From: a virus
Taxonomy: Duplodnaviria > Caudoviricetes
IMG/VR virus record: IMGVR_UViG_3300025132_000127
Span: 1-36,016 of that record
Strand: one strand, 5' to 3'
DNA length: 36,016 nucleotides
In this document: piece by piece, positions 16,249-24,495 of the stretch
How positions within the stretch are numbered: the stretch's first letter is position 1
How the letters are laid out: each line of letters opens with the position of its first letter
Notes under the pieces: model-generated
Database searches by the model: none
Told to the model about the DNA's origin: nothing
What the model saw: only the letters and a program-made list of their open reading frames with translations
Position numbers and translations under genes: made by a program

Positions 16249-18353
16249 AACGTAAGTCCTGAGCAAGTTTCCCAAAGGTTTTTCACGGCGAGCGTGTAGG
16301 CTGCGCGGTCAGTTGCATCGAGTCCCTCACCAATTCCAAACGCGCCTGCTTTTGAATCTGTGGCCTGACCGACTGCTCCTGTTGAACCAGACGATGAGCC
16401 GTATCCAGTAATGGGGAAGTTGTTATTATAAGTTCCCGTTAGTGTCCCTGTCGTCGAGTCCTCGTCGTATGCGGAAGCGGTTCTTCTGCTTAATGTTGTG
16501 TCCCCGCCCTTGCGGTTTGATAGGAGAACACCGTGAGAACCATATGAAGGCAGAGTAGACTCATTAACACCCAGCCATACGGCTTGGGGAACAAGTGAGC
16601 TACTCGTTGTATTTATTCTAACACCGTTTGCGGTAATTGAGCCAGAACCGATAATAGTTTTGTTGGAGGCGTTAATGGCTCGGTCTGGGGGAGGAACATC
16701 ATCGTAGGCAATGGCCATAAGGCAAGCGTCCTCGGTGGTCAAGTCATCCAAAAGTTTGTATCCGGTATTGAACCTGTTCGCAGACGAGGCAGCGGTTGGG
16801 TGTGCGTAGCCAGTGGCGTGAGTGAATGAGCCTTCAAATGTTCCGCTGGTGCTGCTGACAAGGCATCGAGCGTTAGGCGCGGCAGCTCCCCAGATGGGGA
16901 GGTAGAGACGCTTCAGGCTGGAATACCATCCTCCACTCTTTGCGGTCACGCAGAAATCTTCGATGGCTTCTTTCTGAGTGTCGGAGACGCTCACCCCGTC
17001 ACCCTCAAGCGCGGCTATATAGGCCAAAGCATCCGAGTCTGTGATGCGTCGGTAGATGCTGTCCGATGGATTCATATAATCCTGCACCTTTGCCGCTTCC
17101 TCAGAAGAAAGGACTCGATCAAAAAGATAAATCTGTTCAATGTCAATCGGGGCTTGGCCACTAACAGACCCCGCACCAATACGGAATTTGCTCGCGTTTA
17201 GAGAATACGCACTGCTGTCCGTTTGTATGGAAGCGTTGTTGATTTTTGAAAAATGATTTCCGTCAGAAATACCGATCTCCGCGACAATCGTTCCGTTCGC
17301 ATCATCCCATTTACCTGACTGCGACATAACAGTAGCGGCAATATAAGTCCTGCCGTTCGTGCCTGTAGTGCCGTTACCTGAGTAAAGAATCGCAGCGTTC
17401 GTGAGCCAGTGATCGGTGCGAAACAAAGATAGGGTTGTTGGAGCCGTGTTGTTGAAAGTGTCTCCGTTTACAGCAAATTTGATAAACCCATGAGCCGTAG
17501 TAACATCTTCGCTAAACGTGTTGAACATGTAATTAGCAACGCCATCGAAGCGTGCTACAGACCGTCGAATAATTGTTGCAGGGTCGAGACCAGCCTTGTT
17601 GATACTAACCGTTTGCCCCGTTGAGCAGACAAAGGAAGACGCGCCATGTGTAGCGTTGCTAAAGTCAATATTTAGCTCTTCGGTTCCAGCAACAGAAAGG
17701 GTGGCTGTCTTAATATAGCCGTTCAGACCTAATATCGAGCTGGTGAACTGCTGATTGAACGATAGGTGCGTGAAATTATAAGCATTATCTGAAACACCTG
17801 AAGATTTTGTCGCTTTGGTCACACCATCTTGTTTCAGTGTTAGCGTGCTGCCACTTCGCTCGACAGTTAAGGTGGAAGCTCCAGTCGCTAAGGACGAGTC
17901 CAATGTTTGAAATTCAGACGATGCAAAATAAAATTTTCCGTCGAAAATGGCGAACCTATGATCAGCCGTTGCTCCTGTGACAAGATAAAAATTAGTTGCA
18001 GAAACCAGAAAGACCTCCGCTTCAAAAACGAAGTCTTCGTCAGCCGCGATTGAAGGGAAGGTGACGCTGGCCGAGTTTCCGCTCACTGATGGCAAATACA
18101 AATGCCCTCCACCTACTGGAACGTGTGCGCGGGGCTGGTATGTAGTTGATGAGGTCTGGGTCGCATCCACCCCACCACTTACTCGGTTCTCCAGAGCGGC
18201 AATTAAGTCAAAATTTTCCGCAGCAGTGTCTCCCGCAGCCAGCATCGATTTGCTTGCCTCAAATGCGAGAATCGGGTTTAGGGATAAGGGGTCGAAAGAA
18301 GAGAACCCCTGAGCGCATTGGATTCCCAATCCGAGTTGCAATGATCCGGGCAT
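16245..18353 (-). CDS. Head-spike fibre / LamG-like multi-domain adhesin
   Basis: N-terminal LQLGLGI resembles the anchor peptide of RcGTA head fibre Rcc01080. FDPLSL...DATQ...QP and RFDGV.NY...IYLFDRVLS.EE are LamG-like motifs. Follows a spike-base gene. Confidence 0.65.
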   Translation of the reverse strand: MPGSLQLGLGIQCAQGFSSFDPLSLNPILAFEASKSMLAAGDTAAENFDLIAALENRVSGGVDATQTSSTTYQPRAHVPVGGGHLYLPSVSGNSASVTFPSIAADEDFVFEAEVFLVSATNFYLVTGATADHRFAIFDGKFYFASSEFQTLDSSLATGASTLTVERSGSTLTLKQDGVTKATKSSGVSDNAYNFTHLSFNQQFTSSILGLNGYIKTATLSVAGTEELNIDFSNATHGASSFVCSTGQTVSINKAGLDPATIIRRSVARFDGVANYMFNTFSEDVTTAHGFIKFAVNGDTFNNTAPTTLSLFRTDHWLTNAAILYSGNGTTGTNGRTYIAATVMSQSGKWDDANGTIVAEIGISDGNHFSKINNASIQTDSSAYSLNASKFRIGAGSVSGQAPIDIEQIYLFDRVLSSEEAAKVQDYMNPSDSIYRRITDSDALAYIAALEGDGVSVSDTQKEAIEDFCVTAKSGGWYSSLKRLYLPIWGAAAPNARCLVSSTSGTFEGSFTHATGYAHPTAASSANRFNTGYKLLDDLTTEDACLMAIAYDDVPPPDRAINASNKTIIGSGSITANGVRINTTSSSLVPQAVWLGVNESTLPSYGSHGVLLSNRKGGDTTLSRRTASAYDEDSTTGTLTGTYNNNFPITGYGSSSGSTGAVGQATDSKAGAFGIGEGLDATDRAAYTLAVKNLWETCSGLTL

Positions 18354-18356
18354 GAC

Positions 18357-18638
18357 TTAAAAAAGAACTGAAACTCCTTGAGCGGTCGTGCTTGCAGACC
18401 AAACTTTCTTAATGCAAATAGAAAGCTGACCGACAGGCACAGGGATGACTACTTTGCGCTCCGAAAGGGTTGTGATTTCAAGGTTTCCTGCCGTTTGGCA
18501 GATTACACCTCTTGCAACACTCTTGAAGGTTGAGTCTGAGCCGGGAGCGGCTCCAGCAGCAGAGAGGTTTAGCACATCAATAGCGCTGTCCTCAAACTTG
18601 TGCTTCACGTTCATGGTCTGGTTTAGATGTGTGGGCAT
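18357..18638 (-). CDS. Head-spike base protein, Rcc01079-like
   Basis: ARGVICQTAGNLEITT......IPVPVG.L.I.IKKVWSASTTAQGVSVLF matches the spike-base pattern. Confidence 0.75.
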   Translation of the reverse strand: MPTHLNQTMNVKHKFEDSAIDVLNLSAAGAAPGSDSTFKSVARGVICQTAGNLEITTLSERKVVIPVPVGQLSICIKKVWSASTTAQGVSVLF

Positions 18639-18656
18639 GGTTGGTTTTTGTTATGG

Positions 18657-19370
18657 TTATCGGAAAAGAAATGAAGCCATTCGGCCTTGCGGTGTGATCT
18701 TGCCAGTTGCAATAAGAACTTTCAAGACAACGTATAAGATAATTAGGACTATAGCAATCCAGACGCCGATGACATATTTACGGGCCCCGGAGAGCTTTTC
18801 CTCAGTTTTTGTCAGCTTTGTGAGTGCCTCGTCGCGTTCTTTTGCAATCTTGATTCCTATCCTGAGCCTTGCGTTAGCCTCATTGAGCCTTGCTACGAGC
18901 GCTTTATTCTGCTCGTCCATGGTTGTTATTTGTGTCCGCAATATGGCATTAGCCTGCTCAGTCTTATCAAGTTCCGCTTTAGCCTGAGCGAGAGCAACCA
19001 TCGCTGTCTCGCGTGCTTCGGTTGATTTTTTAAGCTCAGCCTTTAGCTCGCTCACAAAGGCCCTGAGGTCTGTTGCTGACGATGATCCCGCTTCAAGCCC
19101 GTTGGCATAAGCCTCCTCCGCAATCGCCTCGATTGATTTCGCCGAAGCTCTTGCCGCTTCCAGTTGACTCCCTACCTCGCGGACAGCATCTTCAACATCT
19201 TCTACCTTGTCTTCTACCTTGCGAACCTGATCTTCGGCCTGTCCAATATTTGGTGTTGCAACAGGAGGGGGAACCGGAACAGCCTGCGGAGCTAAGGTAT
19301 TGGAGCCCGAAGTCGCACAACTTGCAAGAAGCAGAGCCGCAAGTGATATTAGTGCGAGGTGGGACTTCAT
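18657..19370 (-). CDS. Lipoprotein with coiled coil and C-terminal TM (candidate unimolecular spanin)
   Basis: Lipobox LLAS-C18, Pro-rich linker, long heptad region, then TM YVIGVWIAIVLIILYVVLKVLI. Confidence 0.65.
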   Translation of the reverse strand: MKSHLALISLAALLLASCATSGSNTLAPQAVPVPPPVATPNIGQAEDQVRKVEDKVEDVEDAVREVGSQLEAARASAKSIEAIAEEAYANGLEAGSSSATDLRAFVSELKAELKKSTEARETAMVALAQAKAELDKTEQANAILRTQITTMDEQNKALVARLNEANARLRIGIKIAKERDEALTKLTKTEEKLSGARKYVIGVWIAIVLIILYVVLKVLIATGKITPQGRMASFLFR

Positions 19371-19373
19371 GGC

Positions 19374-21329
19374 TTAACTATTCAATGGGATGATTGAGAT
19401 ATGTAGCATAGCAACCTTGAGGTCTGCCGGGGTTCCATCCATGTCTTGGATCATTACTTGAATGGTATCGTTAGTGGCTAAAGAGACAATTCCTTGAGTA
19501 GCAATATTTATGGACGTATCGGCTCCGGGGGTGCCGGATAATCCGTATGTAGCCTTCATTACTGTGCCAGTTTGCTGAGTCCCTCCTTTGCCAATGGACA
19601 GTTCAATTTCGTGATTAGCTCCAGCGTCTTCTACGGAAACCGACACAGATACAGCAAAATTAGCAGATCCGGACGAGTCAGACCCAGATCCACCATAGGT
19701 GAGGCTTGCTGATGCGGCATTTGGGATGGTGAACAGGCTTGTGCTGCTCATTAGGAAGCTGGCTGAAGGAGCTACTACAGTGGACGGAGAGGCACTCGCA
19801 GGCGTAGCTACCGCTGCTGCTGATGTCAGCTTAATGTAGGCGTGGGCATACCCTATAGAAGAATCGGAGCCGATTTGGCTAACGCCAAGGGCGGTTCTGA
19901 AATTTGCAGCACTGGTAATTCCTGATCCATCTCCAAGAACAATAGTCCCGGTTGCGTCGGGCATTGTGTAGGTTCTTGCTCCACCGGGATTGCAAATAAT
20001 GCTTCCAGTGTTTCCGCTGGCTCCAGTCAGTTGCAACTGAGTCGAACCCGAGGAGGGGTTAATTGTCAGCGCTCCTGTCATGGTTCCGCCGCTGCCCGCA
20101 ACCACCCCAAGGGCTGTTCGGAAATCAGAGGCCGTTAGTCCGTTTCCTTTGCCATCTACAAGATTCTCAGTCGATCCCCCTCCAGAGGGTAGCTTCCATG
20201 TAGTGGTGGAAGATGCGGATTGCAATGCAAGCGTTGCCCCGCCAGATCCAAACAGCAATCCAGAGCTTGTGCTTGCATCGACCGCGACAGTCGCGAACTC
20301 AGGATCGGATGAGCTTCCGAGGTCAATGGCGGTTCTGAAAGCTGTAGCACCAGTAACTCCGGAGCCATCACCAAGGACAATAGTCCCGGTTGCGTCGGGG
20401 AGAGTTGCAACTCGGTCCCCTGTAGCCGTGCCGGGAGCAATCTTTTTAGTGTTCGCCCCTACGCCCCAGACCATTTCAGCGGCCTTAGTGATGTAAAACA
20501 GAGCCGAGCTAACCGCAGTGGCTGCAAATTCAAGAAAGTTGCCAGTGCCTGTTCCAAACCCCCAAAAGTTCGGTCTGGTTGCGCTACCGCTCATTTCGGA
20601 AATGACGCCAGCGCCGGGTGAGGAAGTTGCTGTGGACACAAAAGATCCTCCTACTCCGCTCGCTCCAGCAATATTAGACCCGAATACTCCAACTCCTTCC
20701 GTTCCAGTGGCGTCACCTGTAATACCATTGCCTGTCGAGGCTGAGCTACCCCCTACTACCTCTCCAGTGCTGCCTCTGAGAACGAGGACGCTGGCAGTTC
20801 CGGTAGCGCTCGCATCAGTAATGTCAGCGCTGACATGGGTGTGACTGGTTGCGGCATAACTCAACCCTTCTACGGTGGTCAATCGAGTATTAATATCGGA
20901 AATGTCATCTTGGAGGTCTGACGAACCACCAATAACTCCAGTGGGTCCGATCAGGCTCCCGGTGCTCGTAAGTGTTCCTGTTGCATTGGCAAGGTTAAAG
21001 AAATCAGCGGAGGTGTAGCCCGAGTCCTCATATTGGCCAGTTGACGTAACATATTTTGGAATTCGTTGGTCGGCGTGAGCGGAGAACACGGGATATCCGT
21101 CACTAAACAGCAAATCCTTGACGAAGGCGGTTGTTGCAATCTTGGTCGAATTATCTGAGGAAGCCTGCGTCGGCGCAGTTGGGGTTCCGGTAAAAGCAGG
21201 GCTTGCGAGGTCCGCGACCTGATTGCCGTTCTGATATATGGACTGCCCGCGCACCTCAAGCCATTGCAAGCCAGAGCGGCCAAGGCGACCTTCGTTATTG
21301 GAGTTTGGAACTATGTTTGGAGTGGCCAT
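19374..21329 (-). CDS. Tail fibre-like protein
   Basis: ADLASPAFTGTPTAPT...DNSTKIATTAFVK fibre repeat, SHTHVSADITD, GGTMTGALT, and repeated PDATGTIVLGDGSG...FRTA units. Gly/Ser/Thr rich. Confidence 0.85.
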   Translation of the reverse strand: MATPNIVPNSNNEGRLGRSGLQWLEVRGQSIYQNGNQVADLASPAFTGTPTAPTQASSDNSTKIATTAFVKDLLFSDGYPVFSAHADQRIPKYVTSTGQYEDSGYTSADFFNLANATGTLTSTGSLIGPTGVIGGSSDLQDDISDINTRLTTVEGLSYAATSHTHVSADITDASATGTASVLVLRGSTGEVVGGSSASTGNGITGDATGTEGVGVFGSNIAGASGVGGSFVSTATSSPGAGVISEMSGSATRPNFWGFGTGTGNFLEFAATAVSSALFYITKAAEMVWGVGANTKKIAPGTATGDRVATLPDATGTIVLGDGSGVTGATAFRTAIDLGSSSDPEFATVAVDASTSSGLLFGSGGATLALQSASSTTTWKLPSGGGSTENLVDGKGNGLTASDFRTALGVVAGSGGTMTGALTINPSSGSTQLQLTGASGNTGSIICNPGGARTYTMPDATGTIVLGDGSGITSAANFRTALGVSQIGSDSSIGYAHAYIKLTSAAAVATPASASPSTVVAPSASFLMSSTSLFTIPNAASASLTYGGSGSDSSGSANFAVSVSVSVEDAGANHEIELSIGKGGTQQTGTVMKATYGLSGTPGADTSINIATQGIVSLATNDTIQVMIQDMDGTPADLKVAMLHISIIPLNS

Positions 21330-21334
21330 TTTTG

Positions 21335-21613
21335 TTAGTTTGGTTTGAGGTCTTCACCAGAAAGCGTCCAGTTATTGTCGCTCGCTGCGCCATCCTTGAT
21401 GGCAAGATCGCTATTGGTTTCAAGCCATGCGAGAGAGGTTCCACGCTTGGCGTTAGTGGGGTCGCAAGGGGAAAGCTCGAAAGGAGTGGACCCAGTGTCC
21501 AGAACCCAAGGATCTTCAATTTTTTGCCCCCCTTTGAGGTGTTGTCTGTTGGATCTTGAGATCATAAAAGTTAAACTGGCGACGATTAATATTGCTATTG
21601 CAATCAAAGTCAT
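21335..21613 (-). CDS. Hypothetical protein with N-terminal hydrophobic segment
   Basis: ATGA-coupled, co-oriented, one N-terminal TM/signal segment. Confidence 0.6.
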   Translation of the reverse strand: MTLIAIAILIVASLTFMISRSNRQHLKGGQKIEDPWVLDTGSTPFELSPCDPTNAKRGTSLAWLETNSDLAIKDGAASDNNWTLSGEDLKPN

Positions 21614-21912
21614 GATTGACGCTGAATTGGATTTTTTTGCTGGATAGGAATGCGAAACTTTAGGATGACGCCCTTATCTTCGCTTTGCGTAGTAGTCTTT
21701 GACACCCCAGTGGTAGTTCGGGTATCCCGAACATTCCCGCGAGTAGTAGTCGAGTCGGTCGTAATGGTTCCGATTTGAGTCCTTGTCTCGGTGTATCCTG
21801 TTGGAGTTGAGGTTACGGATCGGATAGTTGGCGATCCATAAGATTGAATAGACGATGATCCACGGGTCGTAGAGGATTCGGTATCTCGGTTGGTAATTTT
21901 AAAATCTGCCAT
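21610..21912 (-). CDS. Thr/Ser-rich extended-strand protein ending in ILKFRIPI
   Basis: Co-oriented 100-aa ORF of low-complexity beta-strand composition. Confidence 0.65.
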   Translation of the reverse strand: MADFKITNRDTESSTTRGSSSIQSYGSPTIRSVTSTPTGYTETRTQIGTITTDSTTTRGNVRDTRTTTGVSKTTTQSEDKGVILKFRIPIQQKNPIQRQS

Positions 21913-21920
21913 GGCTTATG

Positions 21921-22307
21921 TTATTCGTATGTGTAAGTAACATTCTCCTCCGAATTGTCTCCTCCTCCCTGCTGGGTTGTAACAGACGGGTGAGAAATTT
22001 CGGTTCTCTCGCTTCCAGCAGTTCCGTTCCTCTGGGTTTGAAATTTCTCACCGCTTTTTTCTGATTTTTCGGTATCGGGAGAAAGTTGCTCTCGGAGAGT
22101 AACAGTCTGGCCTCCATCAGCTTCAGCCTCAGTTACAGACCTCTGGACGGCGCCAATGTCACCATTGGTAACCATTCGCACTTCAAAGTCGATAGATTCC
22201 GGTAGTAATACGGTCACGCCCTCGGCCCTGAGGGCAAGACAGGCGTCATTTACCTCCCGCAGAGCTTGCTGGATGGCTTCTTGGAGTTTTGTTGCTTCGA
22301 CGATCAT
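21921..22307 (-). CDS. Hypothetical protein with Trypco2-like N-terminal half and polar extended tail
   Basis: LQEAIQQALREV..AC helix followed by LPESIDFEVRMV strand. Confidence 0.65.
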   Translation of the reverse strand: MIVEATKLQEAIQQALREVNDACLALRAEGVTVLLPESIDFEVRMVTNGDIGAVQRSVTEAEADGGQTVTLREQLSPDTEKSEKSGEKFQTQRNGTAGSERTEISHPSVTTQQGGGDNSEENVTYTYE

Positions 22308-22310
22308 AAT

Positions 22311-23231
22311 TTACCAGCCCGGTCGGGTGCGGAAGCGGTTGCGAGGCGCTCCTTGGTTCTGAGTTATTTGTCCTTGGATTTTGGCTATAGTGGCCTGCCC
22401 TTTGGCGATTGCGGAGTCAGCGTTACTGCCACTCCAAATCGGGGTGAGGGCAAGATCACTAAGCGCAAGTGGGAGAAGATGCGGAAGAACATACTGGTCG
22501 GGAACTGCGATGTCCACGCTTCCGTTCATGCTATCCACCTCGAGAGTGGGAGCGTCTACAACAGCATCAAAGTTAATTGTAAGAGGGGCCTCGGGAATAG
22601 GATCGACCCTGATCATCATTCGGGCCTCATCTTGAAGCGAGAGCCCGGTGTTTTCAAAAACGTAGCGGTAAGGGGTGCCAAAGTTACGGGTGTTTGCAAC
22701 ATCCCACCAACTTACCGGGCCCCAAATAGCTCCTCGGCGTTCAGCGCCTTGGAATCGCATAGCTTCGTCGTCCCGATATAGCTCTTGTCCCGTATCGAGA
22801 ATGCGAGGGTGATTTACGATTCGGTTGATCAGATAATCAGTGATCATGATCGAATCAAAGTAGATGGTATAATTCTTTGTTCCTGAGTTTCGGAAAGAGT
22901 TAAGAACTTTCGGGGTTCCAGTAACCGAAACGATTTCGTTCAAGTGAGGCTCGTTATCGAACTCTATGGACGCTCCGAGGTGGTAATCTTGCAATGTAAC
23001 CCCAGTAAGCTCGTTAGTTTCAGCGGTGACAGTGGCGCTCCCTTCTTCCGGTGCGCGTAGCAAATGACTAACTGTCGTCATGCGCATCCGCTCTGGAGCA
23101 GCGGCAAACCAGTTGTAAACTGCTGCGTTGATGCAATCGAGCAATACGAGTCGATCCTCCATAGGCATCTGTGAGAGAGTCTTAGAGGAGGTCCACCTTG
23201 CAAGGCGCTGGGAAAATTGGGCGACGGTCAT
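22311..23231 (-). CDS. Head-tail adaptor / tail tubular-like protein
   Basis: MTVAQF..RLAR...LLDCINAA N-terminus and IRVDPIP...IAVPDQY...L..LAL C-terminus, typical of phage adaptors. Downstream of the capsid gene. Confidence 0.6.
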   Translation of the reverse strand: MTVAQFSQRLARWTSSKTLSQMPMEDRLVLLDCINAAVYNWFAAAPERMRMTTVSHLLRAPEEGSATVTAETNELTGVTLQDYHLGASIEFDNEPHLNEIVSVTGTPKVLNSFRNSGTKNYTIYFDSIMITDYLINRIVNHPRILDTGQELYRDDEAMRFQGAERRGAIWGPVSWWDVANTRNFGTPYRYVFENTGLSLQDEARMMIRVDPIPEAPLTINFDAVVDAPTLEVDSMNGSVDIAVPDQYVLPHLLPLALSDLALTPIWSGSNADSAIAKGQATIAKIQGQITQNQGAPRNRFRTRPGW

Positions 23232-23234
23232 AAT

Positions 23235-23999
23235 TTATTGGGCTGTTCGGGATGCTTGCTTTTTCATCTGCTCGGACATGTGAGACATTGTTCCATTTTC
23301 TGGATCTGAAACTTGCAGAGTCTGCATAGCCCGAGCTGCATCCTGCTCAAATAGCGGAGACTTGTCCTTCTCCCAGAAGAAATGGGACCGCATTGCATAC
23401 ATCCGGCATAGAGGCAGAAGAATTGTCTCCACCTTGTCGGCTGGGACAGGAGTAACCTCGGTTCCGGTTAGGTTCTCAATTGTAGACTTAGAGAAGACGG
23501 GAGCTGATTTAGCCACCAAAAGACGGACAGTGATAGCTGCTGTCGGGGTAGGTTTAATTGCAAGGAAGCAGGCTGAGGCGTCCTTACCGCTATCCTCGGA
23601 TCGGGATCGGCGGGTGCGAACTAAGTAAATAAGAGCCTCGGGCGCTCCGTCAGCGATGGCAGCGGTTTCGTTCTTGCCGTAGAATCGCTGGAAAAATTGG
23701 TTGAACTCCGACTGATCGGTGATCTGGTGCAACTCTCGGCTGTCTTCCGCTGGAATCCAGCAAGGCCCTATAACCTCTTGGACTTCAGCCTCGTCATAGA
23801 GGTTTTTTTCGGATTCCCCTACGCCAAAAACAACGTCTATCTCCTCTTTGCGGAAGTAGTCGAGTGGCGAGGAGAACATCAGTTGCAACCCTGAGTTGAT
23901 CGCAGTGGTTACATCGTTCCAAATATAATCAGGAACGGTAGCCTTCTGTTCAAGCCAGAGGGCACGGGTGACATTGTCACGAAGTTCAAGGAGAGTCAT
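23235..23999 (-). CDS. Head-tail adaptor-like protein (second paralog)
   Basis: MTLLELRDNV.RAL...V..AINSGL N-terminus and LAIKPTP...PVP.D....ILLPL C-terminus. Confidence 0.6.
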   Translation of the reverse strand: MTLLELRDNVTRALWLEQKATVPDYIWNDVTTAINSGLQLMFSSPLDYFRKEEIDVVFGVGESEKNLYDEAEVQEVIGPCWIPAEDSRELHQITDQSEFNQFFQRFYGKNETAAIADGAPEALIYLVRTRRSRSEDSGKDASACFLAIKPTPTAAITVRLLVAKSAPVFSKSTIENLTGTEVTPVPADKVETILLPLCRMYAMRSHFFWEKDKSPLFEQDAARAMQTLQVSDPENGTMSHMSEQMKKQASRTAQ

Positions 24000-24005
24000 G
24001 GTGCT

Positions 24006-24404
24006 TTATCCTCCGGAGGGAGGGATTGCAAGAGCCGGGGGTTTCGGGGTGGCAGATGCCTTGCCCTTTTTCTTTTTAGGCTCTTTAGTTTGATTGGTTT
24101 CGGGCTCGTTGCCCTTTTTGTTTGTGGGTTTTTTAGCTTCTTCGGGAAGAACAATAAGTCGAGGAGTGGGAGCTAACCTGATGGCTTTGTAACAGTTCGG
24201 AATGACGTTGGCGCACATTTCATTAAATTCGTCAACTTCTTCCTGCTTAGTTACGTCATATAGCTTGCTCTTAAATATCCAAAGAGCTTTTTTTTGTCCC
24301 GGGATATTAGTCTTGATAAAGGCTCCGTAACGAGTTCCAAACTTGTTAGGGGCGAAGTTCCCCTTACCGGGAAGCTCCAATACTGCTGCTGTTTTTATGG
24401 CCAT
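24006..24404 (-). CDS. Hypothetical protein with Lys/Pro-rich tail
   Basis: Co-oriented ORF after the capsid gene; start at 24404 or 24410. Confidence 0.7.
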   Translation of the reverse strand: MAIKTAAVLELPGKGNFAPNKFGTRYGAFIKTNIPGQKKALWIFKSKLYDVTKQEEVDEFNEMCANVIPNCYKAIRLAPTPRLIVLPEEAKKPTNKKGNEPETNQTKEPKKKKGKASATPKPPALAIPPSGG

Positions 24405-24410
24405 GGGCAT

Positions 24411-24440
24411 ATTATAGCAGAACCGGGACCCCAGTTGCAA
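24411..24440 (-). promoter_or_regulatory. Sigma70-type promoter, probably leaderless
   Basis: TTGCAA-N18-TATAAT with extended -10 (TGcTATAAT); ATG at 24404 follows after a 6-nt spacer. Confidence 0.65.
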
Positions 24441-24490
24441 GTTCGCAACCAAGGCCCCGGTGAGATTTTGGGCTCACGATGTGGGAGCCC
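24423..24490 (-). terminator. Two stem-loops after the major capsid gene (terminator/stabiliser)
   Basis: GGGCTC..GAGCCC (24470-24490) and a ~17-bp G-U-rich hairpin CCGGGGCCTTGGTTGCGA/TTGCAACTGGGGTCCCGG (24423-24460) that folds on the - strand. The U-tail is weak. Confidence 0.55.
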
Positions 24491-24495
24491 TGCTA

